A stretch of DNA of 40,286 nucleotides from the NCBI GenBank assembly GCA_035473755.1, contig DATINY010000333.1, positions 1-40,286 on the forward strand, given 5' to 3'. The notes under the pieces were generated by a model that was not told where the DNA came from, ran no database searches, and worked only from the letters and a program-made list of their open reading frames with translations. This stretch comes from Streptosporangiaceae bacterium (GTDB taxonomy: Bacteria > Actinomycetota > Actinomycetes > Streptosporangiales > Streptosporangiaceae). Made by a program: the position numbers and the translations under genes. Numbering within the stretch: position 1 is the first letter of the stretch; every line of letters starts with the position of its first letter. Positions 1 to 11,988 of the stretch are shown piece after piece.

Positions 1-424
1 CCCCGGGGACCTTGGCCTCCAGCCTGGTCAGCAGCCGCAGGCTCTGCGCGTTCCCCTCGAACCCGCCGCAGCCGGCCGCCAGGTCGGCCAGGACGATCTC
101 CCCGTTGTGGCCGAACGGCGGGTGCCCCAGGTCATGAGCCAGGCAGGCGGCGTCCACCAGGTCGGGATCACAGCCAAGGGCCTCACCCAGCTCCCGCCCG
201 ATCTGCGCGCACTCCAGCGAGTGGGTGAGCCTGGTGCGCGGGAAGTCGCCCGCCCCGACCTCGACGACCTGTGTCTTGGCGGCCAGGCGCCGCAGCGCGG
301 AGGAATGCAGCACCCGGGCCCGGTCCCGCACGAACGGCCCCCGCTGGTAGGCCCGCGCCCGCTTCGGCGGCTCGGCCACCCAGCGGGCGGTCGCGTGGGA
401 GTCGTAGCCCGGGTGCTCCCTCAC
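1..424 (-). CDS. dgt: dGTP triphosphohydrolase-like HD-domain protein, N-terminal ~141 codons (rest lies outside the window)
   Basis: Absent from the ORF track because there is no stop in the window. My minus-strand translation from GTG at 424 reads [89 protein letters not shown], which carries the dGTPase HD..GHPPFGH motif. The GTG start overlaps the ppdK stop (GTGA at 421-424). Confidence 0.85.
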   Translation of the reverse strand, partial: MREHPGYDSHATARWVAEPPKRARAYQRGPFVRDRARVLHSSALRRLAAKTQVVEVGAGDFPRTRLTHSLECAQIGRELGEALGCDPDLVDAACLAHDLGHPPFGHNGEIVLADLAAGCGGFEGNAQSLRLLTRLEAKVPG

Positions 425-3108
425 CTGCTGTCGCTGCCCCCGGCCTTCTCGAGCACCACGGCCCGGCCCGCCTCGAGCCTGGCCACCGGCACCCGGAACG
501 GCGAGCAGGACACGTAGTTCAGTCCCACCTGGTGGAAGAAGTGGACCGAGTCGGGGTCGCCGCCGTGCTCGCCGCACACGCCGAGCTCCAGGTCCGGGCG
601 GGTCGCCCGGCCTTCCTCACTGGCGATGCGCACCATCCGGCCGACGCCCTCGGTGTCGATGGTCTCGAACGGGGAGACGCCGAAGACGCCCAGCTCGATG
701 TACCGGCTGAAGAACGCGCCCTCCACGTCGTCGCGGGAGAAGCCCCAGCTCATCTGCGTCAGGTCGTTGGTGCCGAAGGAGAAGAACTCGGCCGACTTGG
801 CGATCTCGCCGGCGATCATCGCCGCCCGCGGCACCTCGATCATCGTCCCGATCATGGTGTGCACGTGGGTGCCGGTCTCCGCCTCAACCTCGGCCAGCAC
901 CTTCGCCGTGGCGTCGCGGGCGATCTCCATCTCCTGCACCGACGCGGTCAGCGGGATCATGACCTCCGGCTTCGGGTCCTTGCCCGCCTGCTTCAGCTCG
1001 GCCGCGGCGTGCGCGATCGCGCGGACCTGCATGTCCAGCAGCCCGGGGATGACCAGGACGAGGCGGACGCCGCGCAGGCCCAGCATCGGGTTCTGCTCGT
1101 GCAGGCGGCGCACCGCGTCGAGCAGCTTGCGGTCCTGCGCGGTGGCCTGGTCGCCGGCCAGCGCCACCTTGACCGACAGGTCGGTGAGGTCGGGCAGGAA
1201 CTCGTGCAGCGGCGGGTCGATCAGCCGGATGGTCACCGGCAGGCCGTCCATCGCGTCGAGGATCTCCACGAAGTCGCCGCGCTGCAGCGGCTCGAGCGCG
1301 TCCAGCGCGGCCTGCCGGCCCGCATCGTCCTCGGCCAGGATGAGCCGCTCGACCAGCTGGCGGCGCTCGCCGAGGAACATGTGCTCGGTGCGGACCAGGC
1401 CGACGCCGCCCGCGCCGAACCGGCGGGCCCGGGCGCAGTCCTCGCCGGTGTCCGCGTTGGCGTGCACCCCGAGGCGGCGCCGCTCGTCGGCGTGCCTCAT
1501 GATCCGGTCGACGGCCTTGACCAGGTCGTCCGCGTCCGCGCTGAGCCCGGCCTCGAAGTACTCCACGACGGGCGAGTCGGCGACCGGCACCTCGCCGAGG
1601 TAGACCGCCCCGCTGGTGCCGTCGATGGAGATCACGTCGCCCTCGCTGATGGTCACGCCGCCGGGCGCGGTGAACCTGCCCGCCCGGGTGTCCACCTCGA
1701 GTTCGTCGGCGCCGCAGACGCAGGTCTTGCCCATCCCGCGGGCCACCACCGCGGCGTGGCTGGTCTTGCCGCCGCGGCTGGTCAGGATGCCCCGGGCCGC
1801 GATCATCCCGTGCAGGTCGTCCGGGTTGGTCTCGCGGCGGACCAGGATGACCGCGTCGCCCGCGGCGGCCCGCTCGACCGCCGTCGCGGAGTCGAACACC
1901 GCCCGGCCGACCGCGGCGCCCGGTGAGGCGCTGACCGCGGTGGTGATCTTCTCCGGCTCCTGGCTGAGGTCGAACCGGGGGAACATCAGCTGGGCGAGCT
2001 GGTCGCCGGTGACCCGGGTGACCGCCTCGTCCATGTCGATGAGGCCCTGGTCCACGAGCTGGGTGGCGATCCGGAACGCGGCGGCGGCGGTGCGCTTGCC
2101 CACCCGGGTCTGCAGCATCCAGAGCTTGCCGCGCTCGATGGTGAACTCGATGTCGCACAGGTCCCGGTAGTGGTTCTCCAGGGTCTGCATGATGCCCATC
2201 AGCTGGGCGTAGGAGGCGGGGTCGATCTGCTCCAGGTCCTGCAGGGGGACGGTGTTGCGGATGCCGGCGACCACGTCCTCGCCCTGCGCGTTCTGCAGGT
2301 AGTCGCCGTAGACGCCCTGCTGCCCGGAGCCGGGGTCACGGGTGAAGGCGACACCGGTGCCGGAGTCCATGCCCAGGTTGCCGAAGACCATCGCCACGAT
2401 GTTCACCGCGGTGCCGAGGTCGGCCGGGATCCGCTCCTGGCGGCGGTACAGGATCGCCCGGTCGGCGTTCCACGAGCGGAACACCGCGAGCACGGCGAGG
2501 TCCATCTGCTCCCGCGGGTCCTGGGGGAAGTCGCGGCCCGCGTGCTCGCGCACGATGCCCTTGAAGGTCTCCACGATCCCGTGCAGGTCACCGGCGTCGA
2601 GGTCGAGATCGTTCTTCGTGCCCTTGGCCTGCTTCGCCTCGTCGATCGCGTGCTCGAACGCCTCGCCCTCGATCCCGAGCACGGTCTTGCCGAACATCTG
2701 GATCAGGCGGCGGTAGGAGTCCCAGGCGAACCGCTCGCTGCCCGACTGCTTGGCCAGGCCGTGCACCGACTCGTCGGACAGGCCGATGTTCAGCACCGTC
2801 TCCATCATGCCGGGCATGGAGAACTTGGCCCCCGACCTGACGCTGACCAGCAGCGGGTCCGCGGGATCGCCGAGCTGCCGGCCCATCTTCTTTTCCAGCT
2901 GCCGCAGGTGCTCGCCGACCTCGTCGCCGAGGCCGGCCGGGACGGCGCCCTCGCGCAGGTACTGGCGGCAGGCCTCGGTGGTGATGATGAAGCCGGGCGG
3001 CACCGGCAGGCCCAGGTTGGTCATCTCCGCCAGATTCGCGCCCTTGCCACCGAGCAGGTCCTTGAGGTCCTTGTTGCCCTCGGTGAAGTCGTAGACGAGC
3101 TTCGCCAC
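421..3108 (-). CDS. ppdK: pyruvate, phosphate dikinase
   Basis: The 906-aa track ORF has the typical PPDK N-terminus [27 protein letters not shown], the phosphohistidine region [15 protein letters not shown] and a C-terminal PEP-utilising domain. I prefer the GTG at 3108 (VAKLVYDF) because AAGGAG lies 6 nt upstream. The track start at 3141 adds 11 codons with no RBS. Confidence 0.95.
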   Translation of the reverse strand: MAKLVYDFTEGNKDLKDLLGGKGANLAEMTNLGLPVPPGFIITTEACRQYLREGAVPAGLGDEVGEHLRQLEKKMGRQLGDPADPLLVSVRSGAKFSMPGMMETVLNIGLSDESVHGLAKQSGSERFAWDSYRRLIQMFGKTVLGIEGEAFEHAIDEAKQAKGTKNDLDLDAGDLHGIVETFKGIVREHAGRDFPQDPREQMDLAVLAVFRSWNADRAILYRRQERIPADLGTAVNIVAMVFGNLGMDSGTGVAFTRDPGSGQQGVYGDYLQNAQGEDVVAGIRNTVPLQDLEQIDPASYAQLMGIMQTLENHYRDLCDIEFTIERGKLWMLQTRVGKRTAAAAFRIATQLVDQGLIDMDEAVTRVTGDQLAQLMFPRFDLSQEPEKITTAVSASPGAAVGRAVFDSATAVERAAAGDAVILVRRETNPDDLHGMIAARGILTSRGGKTSHAAVVARGMGKTCVCGADELEVDTRAGRFTAPGGVTISEGDVISIDGTSGAVYLGEVPVADSPVVEYFEAGLSADADDLVKAVDRIMRHADERRRLGVHANADTGEDCARARRFGAGGVGLVRTEHMFLGERRQLVERLILAEDDAGRQAALDALEPLQRGDFVEILDAMDGLPVTIRLIDPPLHEFLPDLTDLSVKVALAGDQATAQDRKLLDAVRRLHEQNPMLGLRGVRLVLVIPGLLDMQVRAIAHAAAELKQAGKDPKPEVMIPLTASVQEMEIARDATAKVLAEVEAETGTHVHTMIGTMIEVPRAAMIAGEIAKSAEFFSFGTNDLTQMSWGFSRDDVEGAFFSRYIELGVFGVSPFETIDTEGVGRMVRIASEEGRATRPDLELGVCGEHGGDPDSVHFFHQVGLNYVSCSPFRVPVARLEAGRAVVLEKAGGSDSR

Positions 3109-3323
3109 TGCACGCTCTCCTTGTGCCTGCCCCGCCCGCACGCGTCCGCGGAATAGAGGGCGGTATGTCGATGAGTACGGCCGTCTGGCCCCGATATTTT
3201 GACTCTACCGAGAGTGGGCGGCTGATTGCCCCCGGGCACCCATTCTTGGATCGGATGCAGGCCGACGCGGGCTGAATTCCGGCCGACCAAGCAGCGGGAG
3301 GGCGCGCGGCGCGTCTAAGAACC

Positions 3324-3902
3324 ATGGAATCCGACACCCGGAGACCCACCGCGGCCGTTCGGGCCGGGCGGGCCGCCCGGCCACCTGAGCCGGACCCCGC
3401 CGCCGCGGAGGCAGCGGTGACGGCGATCTACCAGGCCCATGCGCTCGGGCTGATCCGGCTGGCCCACATCATGCTGGGCGACCGGCCCAGCGCCGAGGAC
3501 GTCGTCCAGGAGGCGTTCTGCGGCCTGTACCGGCGCTGGTCCCACCTGTCCGACACCGGCAGCGCGCTGCAATACCTCCGGACTTCGGTGCTTAACGGCT
3601 GCCGCTCGGTGCTGCGCCGCCGGACGGGACAGCGGGCCCAGCCGGGCGACGGCCGGCCGGGCGACGGCCGGCCGGCCGCCTCGGCCGAGGCCGCCGTCAT
3701 CAGCGGCGAGGACCGCCGTGAGGTGATGCAGGCGCTGCGGCGGCTGCCCGCCCGGCAGCGCGAGGCGCTGGTGCTCCGGTACTACCTCGACCTCTCGCCG
3801 GAGGAGACCGCCACGGTCATGGGGATAGGCCCCAGCAGCGTCAGGTCGGCTACCCACCGGGCGCTCTCGTCTCTCGGCCGCATGCTCAAGGAGCTCTCAT
3901 GA
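3324..3902 (+). CDS. ECF-type RNA polymerase sigma-70 family factor (actinobacterial SigE-like family)
   Basis: Region 2 is DVVQEAFCGLYRRWSHL and region 4 is LRRLPARQREALVLRYYLDLSPEETATVMGIGPSSVRSATHRALSSL. It is a paralogue of the 21524..22135 product. An alternative start GTG at 3417 (VTAIYQ) has GGAGG 5 nt upstream. Confidence 0.85.
   Translation: MESDTRRPTAAVRAGRAARPPEPDPAAAEAAVTAIYQAHALGLIRLAHIMLGDRPSAEDVVQEAFCGLYRRWSHLSDTGSALQYLRTSVLNGCRSVLRRRTGQRAQPGDGRPGDGRPAASAEAAVISGEDRREVMQALRRLPARQREALVLRYYLDLSPEETATVMGIGPSSVRSATHRALSSLGRMLKELS
3644..3673 (+). repeat. 15-bp in-frame tandem duplication (gggcgacggccggcc x2) in the sigma region2-region4 linker
   Basis: Two identical adjacent 15-mers encode GDGRP-GDGRP. 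Confidence 0.8.
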
Positions 3903-5230
3903 ACACGGTTGAAGACAGGCTCCGGACGGCCCTGCGTGACACCGCCGGCGAAGTCACCCCGCAGTCGGTGCCGCCGCTGCGCCTGCACCGCCCGCCGGGC
4001 CGGCGGCGAGGCATGGCCGGCCCGACGGCCCGGCGCCGCTGGGCGGCATGGCTGGCACCGCTGGCCGCCGCGGCCTCGGTGACCGCGGTGGTGGCCGCCT
4101 CGCTGGCCATCTCCACCGCCTTCCACGGCGGGCACCGGCCCGCCAGCGGCCCGGCCAGCCCGTTCGCCGGCGTCCCGCCGTACTACGTCGTCCTGGCCGG
4201 GAAGAACCCCAGTCCCGTCGTCATGCAGCGGCAGTTCGCCGAGGTCCGGGCGACCACGACCGGCGCGACGCTGGCCCGGGTCACCCCGCCTCGGCCGTAC
4301 CGCACGTTCATCGCGGCGGCCGGTGCCGGTGACGGCCGTACCTTCGTCCTGGTCGCGGGCCCGTGGGCGGTCACGTACAAGGACGGGGGGAAATCCATCA
4401 GGGTGGCGCCGACGAAATTCTTCCTGCTGCACATCGGCGCGGGCGGCCGCACCACACGGCTGACGGCGCTGCCCATCCCGCGGCAGCCGGGGGGCGCTTT
4501 CGACATCGCGCTCTCCCCCGACGGCAGCAAGCTCGCCGTCGCCCTCCGTGATGCCTCCGTGGGCGGCCCGGCGATCCAGGTCTTCGACGTGGCCACCGGG
4601 TCGGAACGGGTGTGGCGGTGGCCGGGCGGCGGGCCGGTGACCAACAACGCCGGTGGGGAGGGTGAGGAGCTGTCCTGGGCCGCGGACAACCGCACGCTGG
4701 CGTTCCAGCAGTGGGTGACGGGGAACATCATCCACGTCCGGCTGCTGGACGTCACCGCGCCCGGCGGCAGCCTGCAGGCGGCCAGCAGGCTCCTGCTGCG
4801 GTGGCCGGGAGATGGGGCAACCTGGCACTACGTGCACGGGAAGATCAGCAATGTCCTGTTCGGCTTCAGCGCCATCCTCACCCCAGACGGCAGCAAAATC
4901 GTCGCCGCTACCGAGGACCTGACCAAGCACCCACTGTCCAGCGAACTGGCCTTCACCGAGTTCTCCGCCGCCACCGGGAAGGTCGTGAAGGTCCTGGGCC
5001 GGTGGCCCATCCCCGGGCTGTACCCGGGGCAGACCCAGGACGTGCTGTGGACGAACTCCTCGGGCCGCACACTGATCGTCCTGGCCCACAAGCCGGGAGC
5101 GCCGGCCAAGGCGCCGCACAGCGGCAACGCGGCCGACTATGGCATCGAGTTCGGCGTGCTGAACGGGAACACGTTCACCCCGCTCCCGGGCGCGCCGCGT
5201 CCCGGGCCGAACCCCTGGCCTGCATGGTAG
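3899..5230 (+). CDS. membrane-anchored protein with extracytoplasmic beta-propeller-like (PD40/TolB-like) domain; candidate sigma partner or anti-sigma
   Basis: Its ATG overlaps the sigma stop (ATGA at 3899-3902). The N-terminus is short (MNTVEDRLRTALRD...), followed by one TM segment (WAAWLAPLAAAASVTAVVAASLAI). The C-terminal ~350 aa carry repeated LSPDGSKLAV / LTPDGSKIVA motifs. Third-codon-position GC is high. Confidence 0.7.
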   Translation: MNTVEDRLRTALRDTAGEVTPQSVPPLRLHRPPGRRRGMAGPTARRRWAAWLAPLAAAASVTAVVAASLAISTAFHGGHRPASGPASPFAGVPPYYVVLAGKNPSPVVMQRQFAEVRATTTGATLARVTPPRPYRTFIAAAGAGDGRTFVLVAGPWAVTYKDGGKSIRVAPTKFFLLHIGAGGRTTRLTALPIPRQPGGAFDIALSPDGSKLAVALRDASVGGPAIQVFDVATGSERVWRWPGGGPVTNNAGGEGEELSWAADNRTLAFQQWVTGNIIHVRLLDVTAPGGSLQAASRLLLRWPGDGATWHYVHGKISNVLFGFSAILTPDGSKIVAATEDLTKHPLSSELAFTEFSAATGKVVKVLGRWPIPGLYPGQTQDVLWTNSSGRTLIVLAHKPGAPAKAPHSGNAADYGIEFGVLNGNTFTPLPGAPRPGPNPWPAW

Positions 5231-5241
5231 ACGCCGGGCCA

Positions 5242-5286
5242 GCGTGCATCGTTCGGCCGGCTGAACGCCTTGCCGAACGTGCACGC
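5242..5286 (+). terminator. strong GC-rich hairpin (15 bp with one bulged T, 14-nt loop) 12 nt after the stop of 3899..5230; no U-tract
   Basis: gcgtgcatcgttcggc (5242-5257) pairs with gccgaacgtgcacgc (5272-5286). I checked the pairing base by base. Confidence 0.4.
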
Positions 5287-5333
5287 CGCCCCGGCTCTCC
5301 GAGATATGGGCGAGACTTGTCCCGGAGGCGATC

Positions 5334-6188
5334 GTGGACAAGAACCTGATCGGGGTGCTGCATCCCGGGGAGATGGGCGCCGCCGTCGGTGACTGCCTGG
5401 CCCAGCGTGGGCTCACGGTGCTGTGGGCGTCGGCCGGGCGCAGTCCCGCCACTGCGGACCGGGCGGCGGCCGCGGAGATGCGCGATGCCGGCACGGCCGG
5501 CGAGATGTCCAGGCAGGCTGACGTGATCCTGTCGGTCTGCCCCCCGCACGCGGCGCTGGAGGTGGCCCGCTCCGTGGCCGGTTTCCGCGGCATCTACGTC
5601 GACGCGAACGCCGTGTCGCCGGCCACCACGCGCGAGGTCGCCGGGATAGTGACGGCCGGCGGGGCCCGCTACGTGGACGGCGGGATCATCGGCTCGCCGC
5701 CGCGTTCGCCGGGGGACAGCCGCCTGTACCTGTCCGGCCTATGGGCCGAGGAGATCAGCAACCTGTTCGCCGGCACGCCCCTCGACGCTCAGGTGATCGG
5801 CGACGAAATCGGCCAGGCCTCGGCCGTCAAAATGGCCTATGCCGCCTGGACCAAGGGAACCGCCGCCCTGATCCTGGCGATCCGCGCCCTCGCCCGCGCC
5901 GAGGGCGTCGAGCAGGCCCTGGTGGCCGAGTGGCAGCAGTCCCAGCCTGCCCTGACCGCCCGCCCCCACGTGGCAGCGCGGTCAGCGCTACAGAAGGGCT
6001 GGCGCTGGGTCGCCGAAATGGAGGAGATCGCCGCCACCATGGCCGCCGCCGGCCTCCCGCCCGGCTTCCACCAGGCCGCCGCCGCCATCTACACCCGCGT
6101 CCCCCACCCCCAGGCCGAGTCACCCACCAGCGAGCCCTCGCTCACCACAGTCATCAATGCGCTCCTGGCCGAGCACTCCCCCGCCTGA
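5334..6188 (+). CDS. NAD(P)-binding oxidoreductase, 6-phosphogluconate/beta-hydroxyacid dehydrogenase-like (DUF1932-type C-terminus)
   Basis: GTG start with GGAGG 5 nt upstream. The N-terminus is Rossmann-like (IGVLHPGEMGAAVGDCLAQRGLTV). AVKMAYAAWTKGTAALILAIRALA is typical of this family. Confidence 0.7.
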   Translation: MDKNLIGVLHPGEMGAAVGDCLAQRGLTVLWASAGRSPATADRAAAAEMRDAGTAGEMSRQADVILSVCPPHAALEVARSVAGFRGIYVDANAVSPATTREVAGIVTAGGARYVDGGIIGSPPRSPGDSRLYLSGLWAEEISNLFAGTPLDAQVIGDEIGQASAVKMAYAAWTKGTAALILAIRALARAEGVEQALVAEWQQSQPALTARPHVAARSALQKGWRWVAEMEEIAATMAAAGLPPGFHQAAAAIYTRVPHPQAESPTSEPSLTTVINALLAEHSPA

Positions 6189-6299
6189 GGGTGAAACGAG
6201 GCGCCCACCGGAATGCACGGGCGCGTGCGTGCCCGGCCAGGCGTTCAGCCGACCGGACACGCACGTCCGCCCGGGCATCAGCCCCGCCGGGCCGGGACC

Positions 6300-7679
6300 T
6301 CAGCACCCCGGCAGGCGCTCCGACAAATAGGCCTCGAGTGCATCGATCCCCACCCGGTCCTGCTGCATCGTGTCGCGGGCCCGGACGGTCACCGCCTGGT
6401 CGTTCAGCGTCTCGAAGTCCACGGTGACGCAGTACGGGGTGCCGATCTCATCCTGCCGGCGGTAGCGGCGGCCGATCGCGCTCGCGTCGTCGAAGTCGGT
6501 GTTCCACCGCTTGCGCAGCTGGGCGGCCAGGTCGCGGGCCTTGGGTGACAGGTCGGCGTTGCGGGACAGCGGCAGCACCGCGGCCTTCACCGGGGCGATC
6601 CGGTGGTCCAGCCGCAGCACGGTCCGCTTCTCCAGGTTGCCCTTGGCGTCCGGTGCCTCGTCCTCGGCGTAGCCGTCCATCAGGAACACCAGCATGGACC
6701 GGTCGACCCCGGCCGCCGGCTCGACGACGTAGGGGACGTACCGCTCGCCGGTGTCGGCTTCCAGGTAGGACATGTCCTGCCCGGAGGCGCGGGCGTGCGT
6801 GCTCAGGTCGTAGTCGGTCCGGTTGGCGATCCCCTCGAGCTCTCCCCACTCGGAGCCGGGGAATCCGTACCGGTACTCGATGTCCACGGTCTTCTTGGAG
6901 TAATGGGAGCGCTTGTCCGCCGGGTGCGTAAACAGGCGCAGGTTGTCCTTGCGCACACCCAGGTCGGCGTACCAGCCGAACCTGGCGGTGACCCAGTACT
7001 CGTGCCATTCGTCGTCGGTGCCGGGCTTGACGAAGAACTCCATCTCCATCTGCTCGAACTCGCGGGTGCGGAAGATGAAGTTGCCCGGCGTGATCTCGTT
7101 GCGGAACGACTTGCCGATCTGCCCGATCCCGAACGGGATCTTCTTCCGCGAGGTCTGCAGCACGTTCCGGTAGTTGATGAAGATCCCCTGCGCGGTCTCA
7201 GGGCGTAGGTAGGCCAGACCGCTTTCATCCTCGGTGGCGCCGAGGTAGGTGCGCAGCAGCCCGTTGAACATCCGCGGCTCGGTGAACGCGCCCCTGGTCC
7301 CACAGTTCGGGCAGGTGATCTGGGCCAGGCCCTCGGCCGGCGGGTGGCCGTGCTTCTCCTCGTAGGCCTCGATCAGATGGTCGGCCCGGAAGCGCTTGTG
7401 GCAGGACTGGCACTCGGTCAGCGGGTCCACGAACTCGGTCACGTGGCCGCTGGCCTCCCAGACCTCCCGGGCCAGGATGACGCTGGAGTCGAGCCCGACG
7501 ACATCGTCGCGCTCCTGCACCATCGACTTCCACCACTGCCGCTTGATGTTGTTCTTCATCTCGACGCCGAGCGGGCCGTAGTCCCAGGAGGCGCGCAGCC
7601 CGCCGTAGATCTCGCTGGAGGGGTAGACCAGGCCGCGGCGCTTGGAGAGGCTGACGATCGTATCGATGCGGTTGGCCAT
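6300..7679 (-). CDS. glyQS: glycine--tRNA ligase (class II, homodimeric type)
   Basis: [50 protein letters not shown] is the canonical GlyRS N-terminus. The 459-aa ORF is uninterrupted. Confidence 0.95.
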   Translation of the reverse strand: MANRIDTIVSLSKRRGLVYPSSEIYGGLRASWDYGPLGVEMKNNIKRQWWKSMVQERDDVVGLDSSVILAREVWEASGHVTEFVDPLTECQSCHKRFRADHLIEAYEEKHGHPPAEGLAQITCPNCGTRGAFTEPRMFNGLLRTYLGATEDESGLAYLRPETAQGIFINYRNVLQTSRKKIPFGIGQIGKSFRNEITPGNFIFRTREFEQMEMEFFVKPGTDDEWHEYWVTARFGWYADLGVRKDNLRLFTHPADKRSHYSKKTVDIEYRYGFPGSEWGELEGIANRTDYDLSTHARASGQDMSYLEADTGERYVPYVVEPAAGVDRSMLVFLMDGYAEDEAPDAKGNLEKRTVLRLDHRIAPVKAAVLPLSRNADLSPKARDLAAQLRKRWNTDFDDASAIGRRYRRQDEIGTPYCVTVDFETLNDQAVTVRARDTMQQDRVGIDALEAYLSERLPGC

Positions 7680-7889
7680 CGGTAGAACTCCATCCGGCTG
7701 GCGGTCGGCGGGCGTGTGTGAACCTCAGGAACGAGGGCGTGTGCGCCAAGCTTAGCCGCGCCCCGGGTATGCCGGCGCCCGGCGAATGCCCTGCGCGCCA
7801 GTGATCGCCGGGGGGTGGAAGCGGGCCGTATATTTGGCGCACAAGGTGACGGCCCGGGAAAGCCTCCGGGCCACGGGAAGGAAGTCCGG

Positions 7890-8324
7890 ATGCCGAAGCG
7901 CCGCCAGACACGGGCCGACGGGCGGCCGCGATCGGGTGGGCAGCGCCCGCGCGGGACCAGCGCCGGCCGTCCCGGGGGGCCGGCCGGCCGCCCCGCCCCG
8001 GCCGGCCGTCCCGCCGTGGCCGATCGCACCAGCACAGAGGGCGCCTCTGAGACGCGGCGGGCCGTGGAGCGCTTCAGCGCCCGGCCCCTGGTGTTCCTGA
8101 CCCAGCTGCCCCGGTGGGCCCTGCTGCTGGTCGTGCTGGGACTGCTGGTATCGGGGTTCGCCGTGCCGGGCCCGATCGGGGCGGTTCTCCTGGTGCTGGT
8201 GGCCATCCTCCTGGGCTGGCTCGCCTACCTGTCGTGGCCCAGCCTCAGCACCTCGGGACGGGTAGGGCGCGTCGTCGCGCTCATCTGCATGATCGTGATC
8301 GTCGTCTGGCAGGCCAGGCGCTAA
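7890..8324 (+). CDS. small membrane protein with basic Arg/Pro/Gly-rich N-terminus and 2-3 TM segments
   Basis: I prefer the ATG at 7890 (GGAAGGAAG 6-7 nt upstream) over the track start at 7815. The hydrophobic C-terminus reads LPRWALLLVVLGLLVSGFAVPGPIGAVLLVLVAILLGWLAYL. Confidence 0.6.
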   Translation: MPKRRQTRADGRPRSGGQRPRGTSAGRPGGPAGRPAPAGRPAVADRTSTEGASETRRAVERFSARPLVFLTQLPRWALLLVVLGLLVSGFAVPGPIGAVLLVLVAILLGWLAYLSWPSLSTSGRVGRVVALICMIVIVVWQARR

Positions 8325-8363
8325 CGGGCAACCGCTCGCGACGGCCGGGCCGGGCGGTGTGCC

Positions 8364-9182
8364 TCAGGCGGGCAGCGGGTTCGGCTTGGCGCCCCCGTAC
8401 CGGCGGTCCCGGCTGGCATAGATCTCGCAGGCGTGCCACAGGTGACGGCGGTCGAAGTCCGGGAAAAGCGTGTCGAGGAACACGAACTCCGCGTAGGCCG
8501 ACTGCCAGATCAGGAAGTTGGACGTCCGCTGCTCCCCCGATGACCTGATGAACAGGTCCACGTCCGGGATTCCGGGCTCATCCAGGTACCGGGCGAACAC
8601 CTTCTCGTTGACCTCGCCGGGCTTGAGCCGCCCGGCCGCCACGTCCGCCGCGATCGCCGCGGCAGCGTCGGCGATCTCGGCCCGCCCGCCGTAGTTCACG
8701 CAGAACTGGAGCGTCAGCACCGAGTTGCCCACCGTCATGCGTTCCGCGTCCTCCAGCTCGGAGATCACGCTGCGCCACAGCCGGGGACGGCGCCCGGCCC
8801 AGCGGACCCGCACCCCCATCTCGTTCAGCTGGTCGCGGCGGCGCCGGATCACGTCGCGGTTGAACCCCATGAGGAACCGCACCTCCTCCGGCGACCGGCG
8901 CCAGTTCTCGGTGGAGAAGGCATAGGCGGACAGATACGGGATGCCCAGCTCGATCGCGCCCATGATCACGTCGAAGAGCGAATGCTCGCCCCGCTTGTGG
9001 CCCTCGGTCCTGGGCAGGCCGCGCTCCTTGGCCCAGCGCCCGTTGCCGTCCATGACCAGGGCGACATGACGCGGCAGGAGCTGGGGCGCGATGGCCGGGG
9101 GCCGCGCCCCGCCGGCGTGGGGCTCGGGCGGGCGCACGGGACCGCTCACGATGGCTCCTCGGCGCGTATCAGGCATGCTCAA
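8364..9182 (-). CDS. uppS: isoprenyl transferase / undecaprenyl-diphosphate synthase family
   Basis: [28 protein letters not shown] and [13 protein letters not shown] are the cis-prenyltransferase signatures. The track start is TTG at 9182. ATG at 9176 is the more likely start and overlaps the recO stop by 8 nt. Confidence 0.93.
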   Translation of the reverse strand: MSMPDTRRGAIVSGPVRPPEPHAGGARPPAIAPQLLPRHVALVMDGNGRWAKERGLPRTEGHKRGEHSLFDVIMGAIELGIPYLSAYAFSTENWRRSPEEVRFLMGFNRDVIRRRRDQLNEMGVRVRWAGRRPRLWRSVISELEDAERMTVGNSVLTLQFCVNYGGRAEIADAAAAIAADVAAGRLKPGEVNEKVFARYLDEPGIPDVDLFIRSSGEQRTSNFLIWQSAYAEFVFLDTLFPDFDRRHLWHACEIYASRDRRYGGAKPNPLPA

Positions 9183-9984
9183 CGTGTTGCAGCGAGCGGA
9201 TCGAATGCTCCAGGTGCCACTGCAGGTACGCGGCGACCAGGCCGCTGCACTCTACTTGGTGCCTCCGCTCCGCCGCGTCGGCACGCGCCCAGTCCCCGCG
9301 CAGCAGCGCGCTCATCAGGGCGATCGTGTGGATGGACGGCGTCGCGGCCCCCGGCGGCCGGCAGGACCGGCAGGTCAGGCCGCCCGCCGCGATCGCGAAG
9401 GCGCGTGACCCGCCGCCGGCCCCGCCCGCGCCGCCCGCGCCGTCGACACCGCTGGCGGCCAGGTCGGCCGCCCCGCACAGGGCGCACTCGGCCAGGGCGG
9501 GCGCGTAGCCGGCGACCGCGAGCGATCGGAGCAGGAAGGCGTCGAGCACCAGCCGCGGGTCGTGTGCCCCCTCCCCCAGCGCCCGCAGCCCGCCGACCAG
9601 CAGCAGGAACTGGCGCAGCGAGGGCTCCTTCTCGACCGGGGTGAACCGTTCGGCGGTTTCCAGCATCGCCGTGCCGCTGGTGTAGCGGGGGTAGTCGGCC
9701 GCCAGCGGCTCGCCGTAGGCCCGCACCGTCTCCGCCTGGGTGACGTAATCCAGCGAGCGGCCGGTGTGGAGCTGCAGGTCCACGTGGGTGAACGGCTCCA
9801 GCCGGGCGCCGAACCGCGACTTCGTCCGGCGCACGCCCTTGCCCACGGCGCGGATGCGCCCGGTGCGCCGGGTCAAGATGGTGACGATGTGGTCGGCCTC
9901 ACCCAGGTCCTGGGTGCGCAGCACGATGCCGTCGTCGCGATACTGCCCCACCCCGCCATTGTCGCGCACCCCGGCGACGGTCAC
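9169..9984 (-). CDS. recO: DNA repair protein RecO
   Basis: [51 protein letters not shown], with a CxxC...CxxC zinc motif (CALCG...CRSC). The start is uncertain between GTG at 9984, 9969 and 9951; the last gives VGQYRDDG. Confidence 0.9.
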   Translation of the reverse strand: MTVAGVRDNGGVGQYRDDGIVLRTQDLGEADHIVTILTRRTGRIRAVGKGVRRTKSRFGARLEPFTHVDLQLHTGRSLDYVTQAETVRAYGEPLAADYPRYTSGTAMLETAERFTPVEKEPSLRQFLLLVGGLRALGEGAHDPRLVLDAFLLRSLAVAGYAPALAECALCGAADLAASGVDGAGGAGGAGGGSRAFAIAAGGLTCRSCRPPGAATPSIHTIALMSALLRGDWARADAAERRHQVECSGLVAAYLQWHLEHSIRSLQHVEHA

Positions 9985-10058
9985 GCCGGGGCGCGCGACG
10001 CCAGCACCACTTCTTGTGGGTATGGCGCTGGCCGCCTATCGTGCCGGATGCGCCGGAT

Positions 10059-11852
<1,794 letters not shown>

Positions 11853-11900
11853 TTATGGGGCCCCGCCGCGGCCACTAAGCAGGAGCAGTCCGCGAAACAT
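11853..11900 (-). CDS. leuA leader peptide, 15 aa (MFRGLLLLSGRGGAP) with four consecutive Leu codons
   Basis: I hand-translated the minus strand: ATG TTT CGC GGA CTG CTC CTG CTT AGT GGC CGC GGC GGG GCC CCA TAA. Its position and Leu run fit the leucine leader-peptide control proposed for actinobacterial leuA. Confidence 0.6.
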   Translation of the reverse strand: MFRGLLLLSGRGGAP

Positions 11901-11964
11901 CGTCCTCGACCCTACCAGACGCCACCGTGCTCACCGTGACCGGGCGCAGCCTCACCGTGGCCAG

Positions 11965-11988
11965 CGGCCATGACATCTGTCATGGCCG
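11965..11988. promoter_or_regulatory. 24-bp perfect palindrome cggccatgaca-tc-tgtcatggccg; candidate operator in the leuA / kinase divergent region
   Basis: The 11-bp arms were verified base by base. An extra half-site copy, gtcatggcc, lies at 12039-12047. Confidence 0.4.

Noticed and set aside
271-1926. 551-aa ORF on the plus strand, with similar long ORFs at 3782..5593(-), 10014..11939(+), 18267..19652(+), 19078..20394(+), 23112..25112(+), 25708..26892(-), 31188..32417(+), 35659..36993(+) and 38334..39992(-)
   Set aside because: All are antisense to, or out of frame with, genes that have unmistakable conserved products (ppdK, leuA, the CBS/CorC gene, dnaJ, hrcA, lepA, hflX, aceB). Their translations are Arg/Pro/Gly/Ala-rich low-complexity strings. 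Long stop-free antisense frames are expected at over 70% GC.
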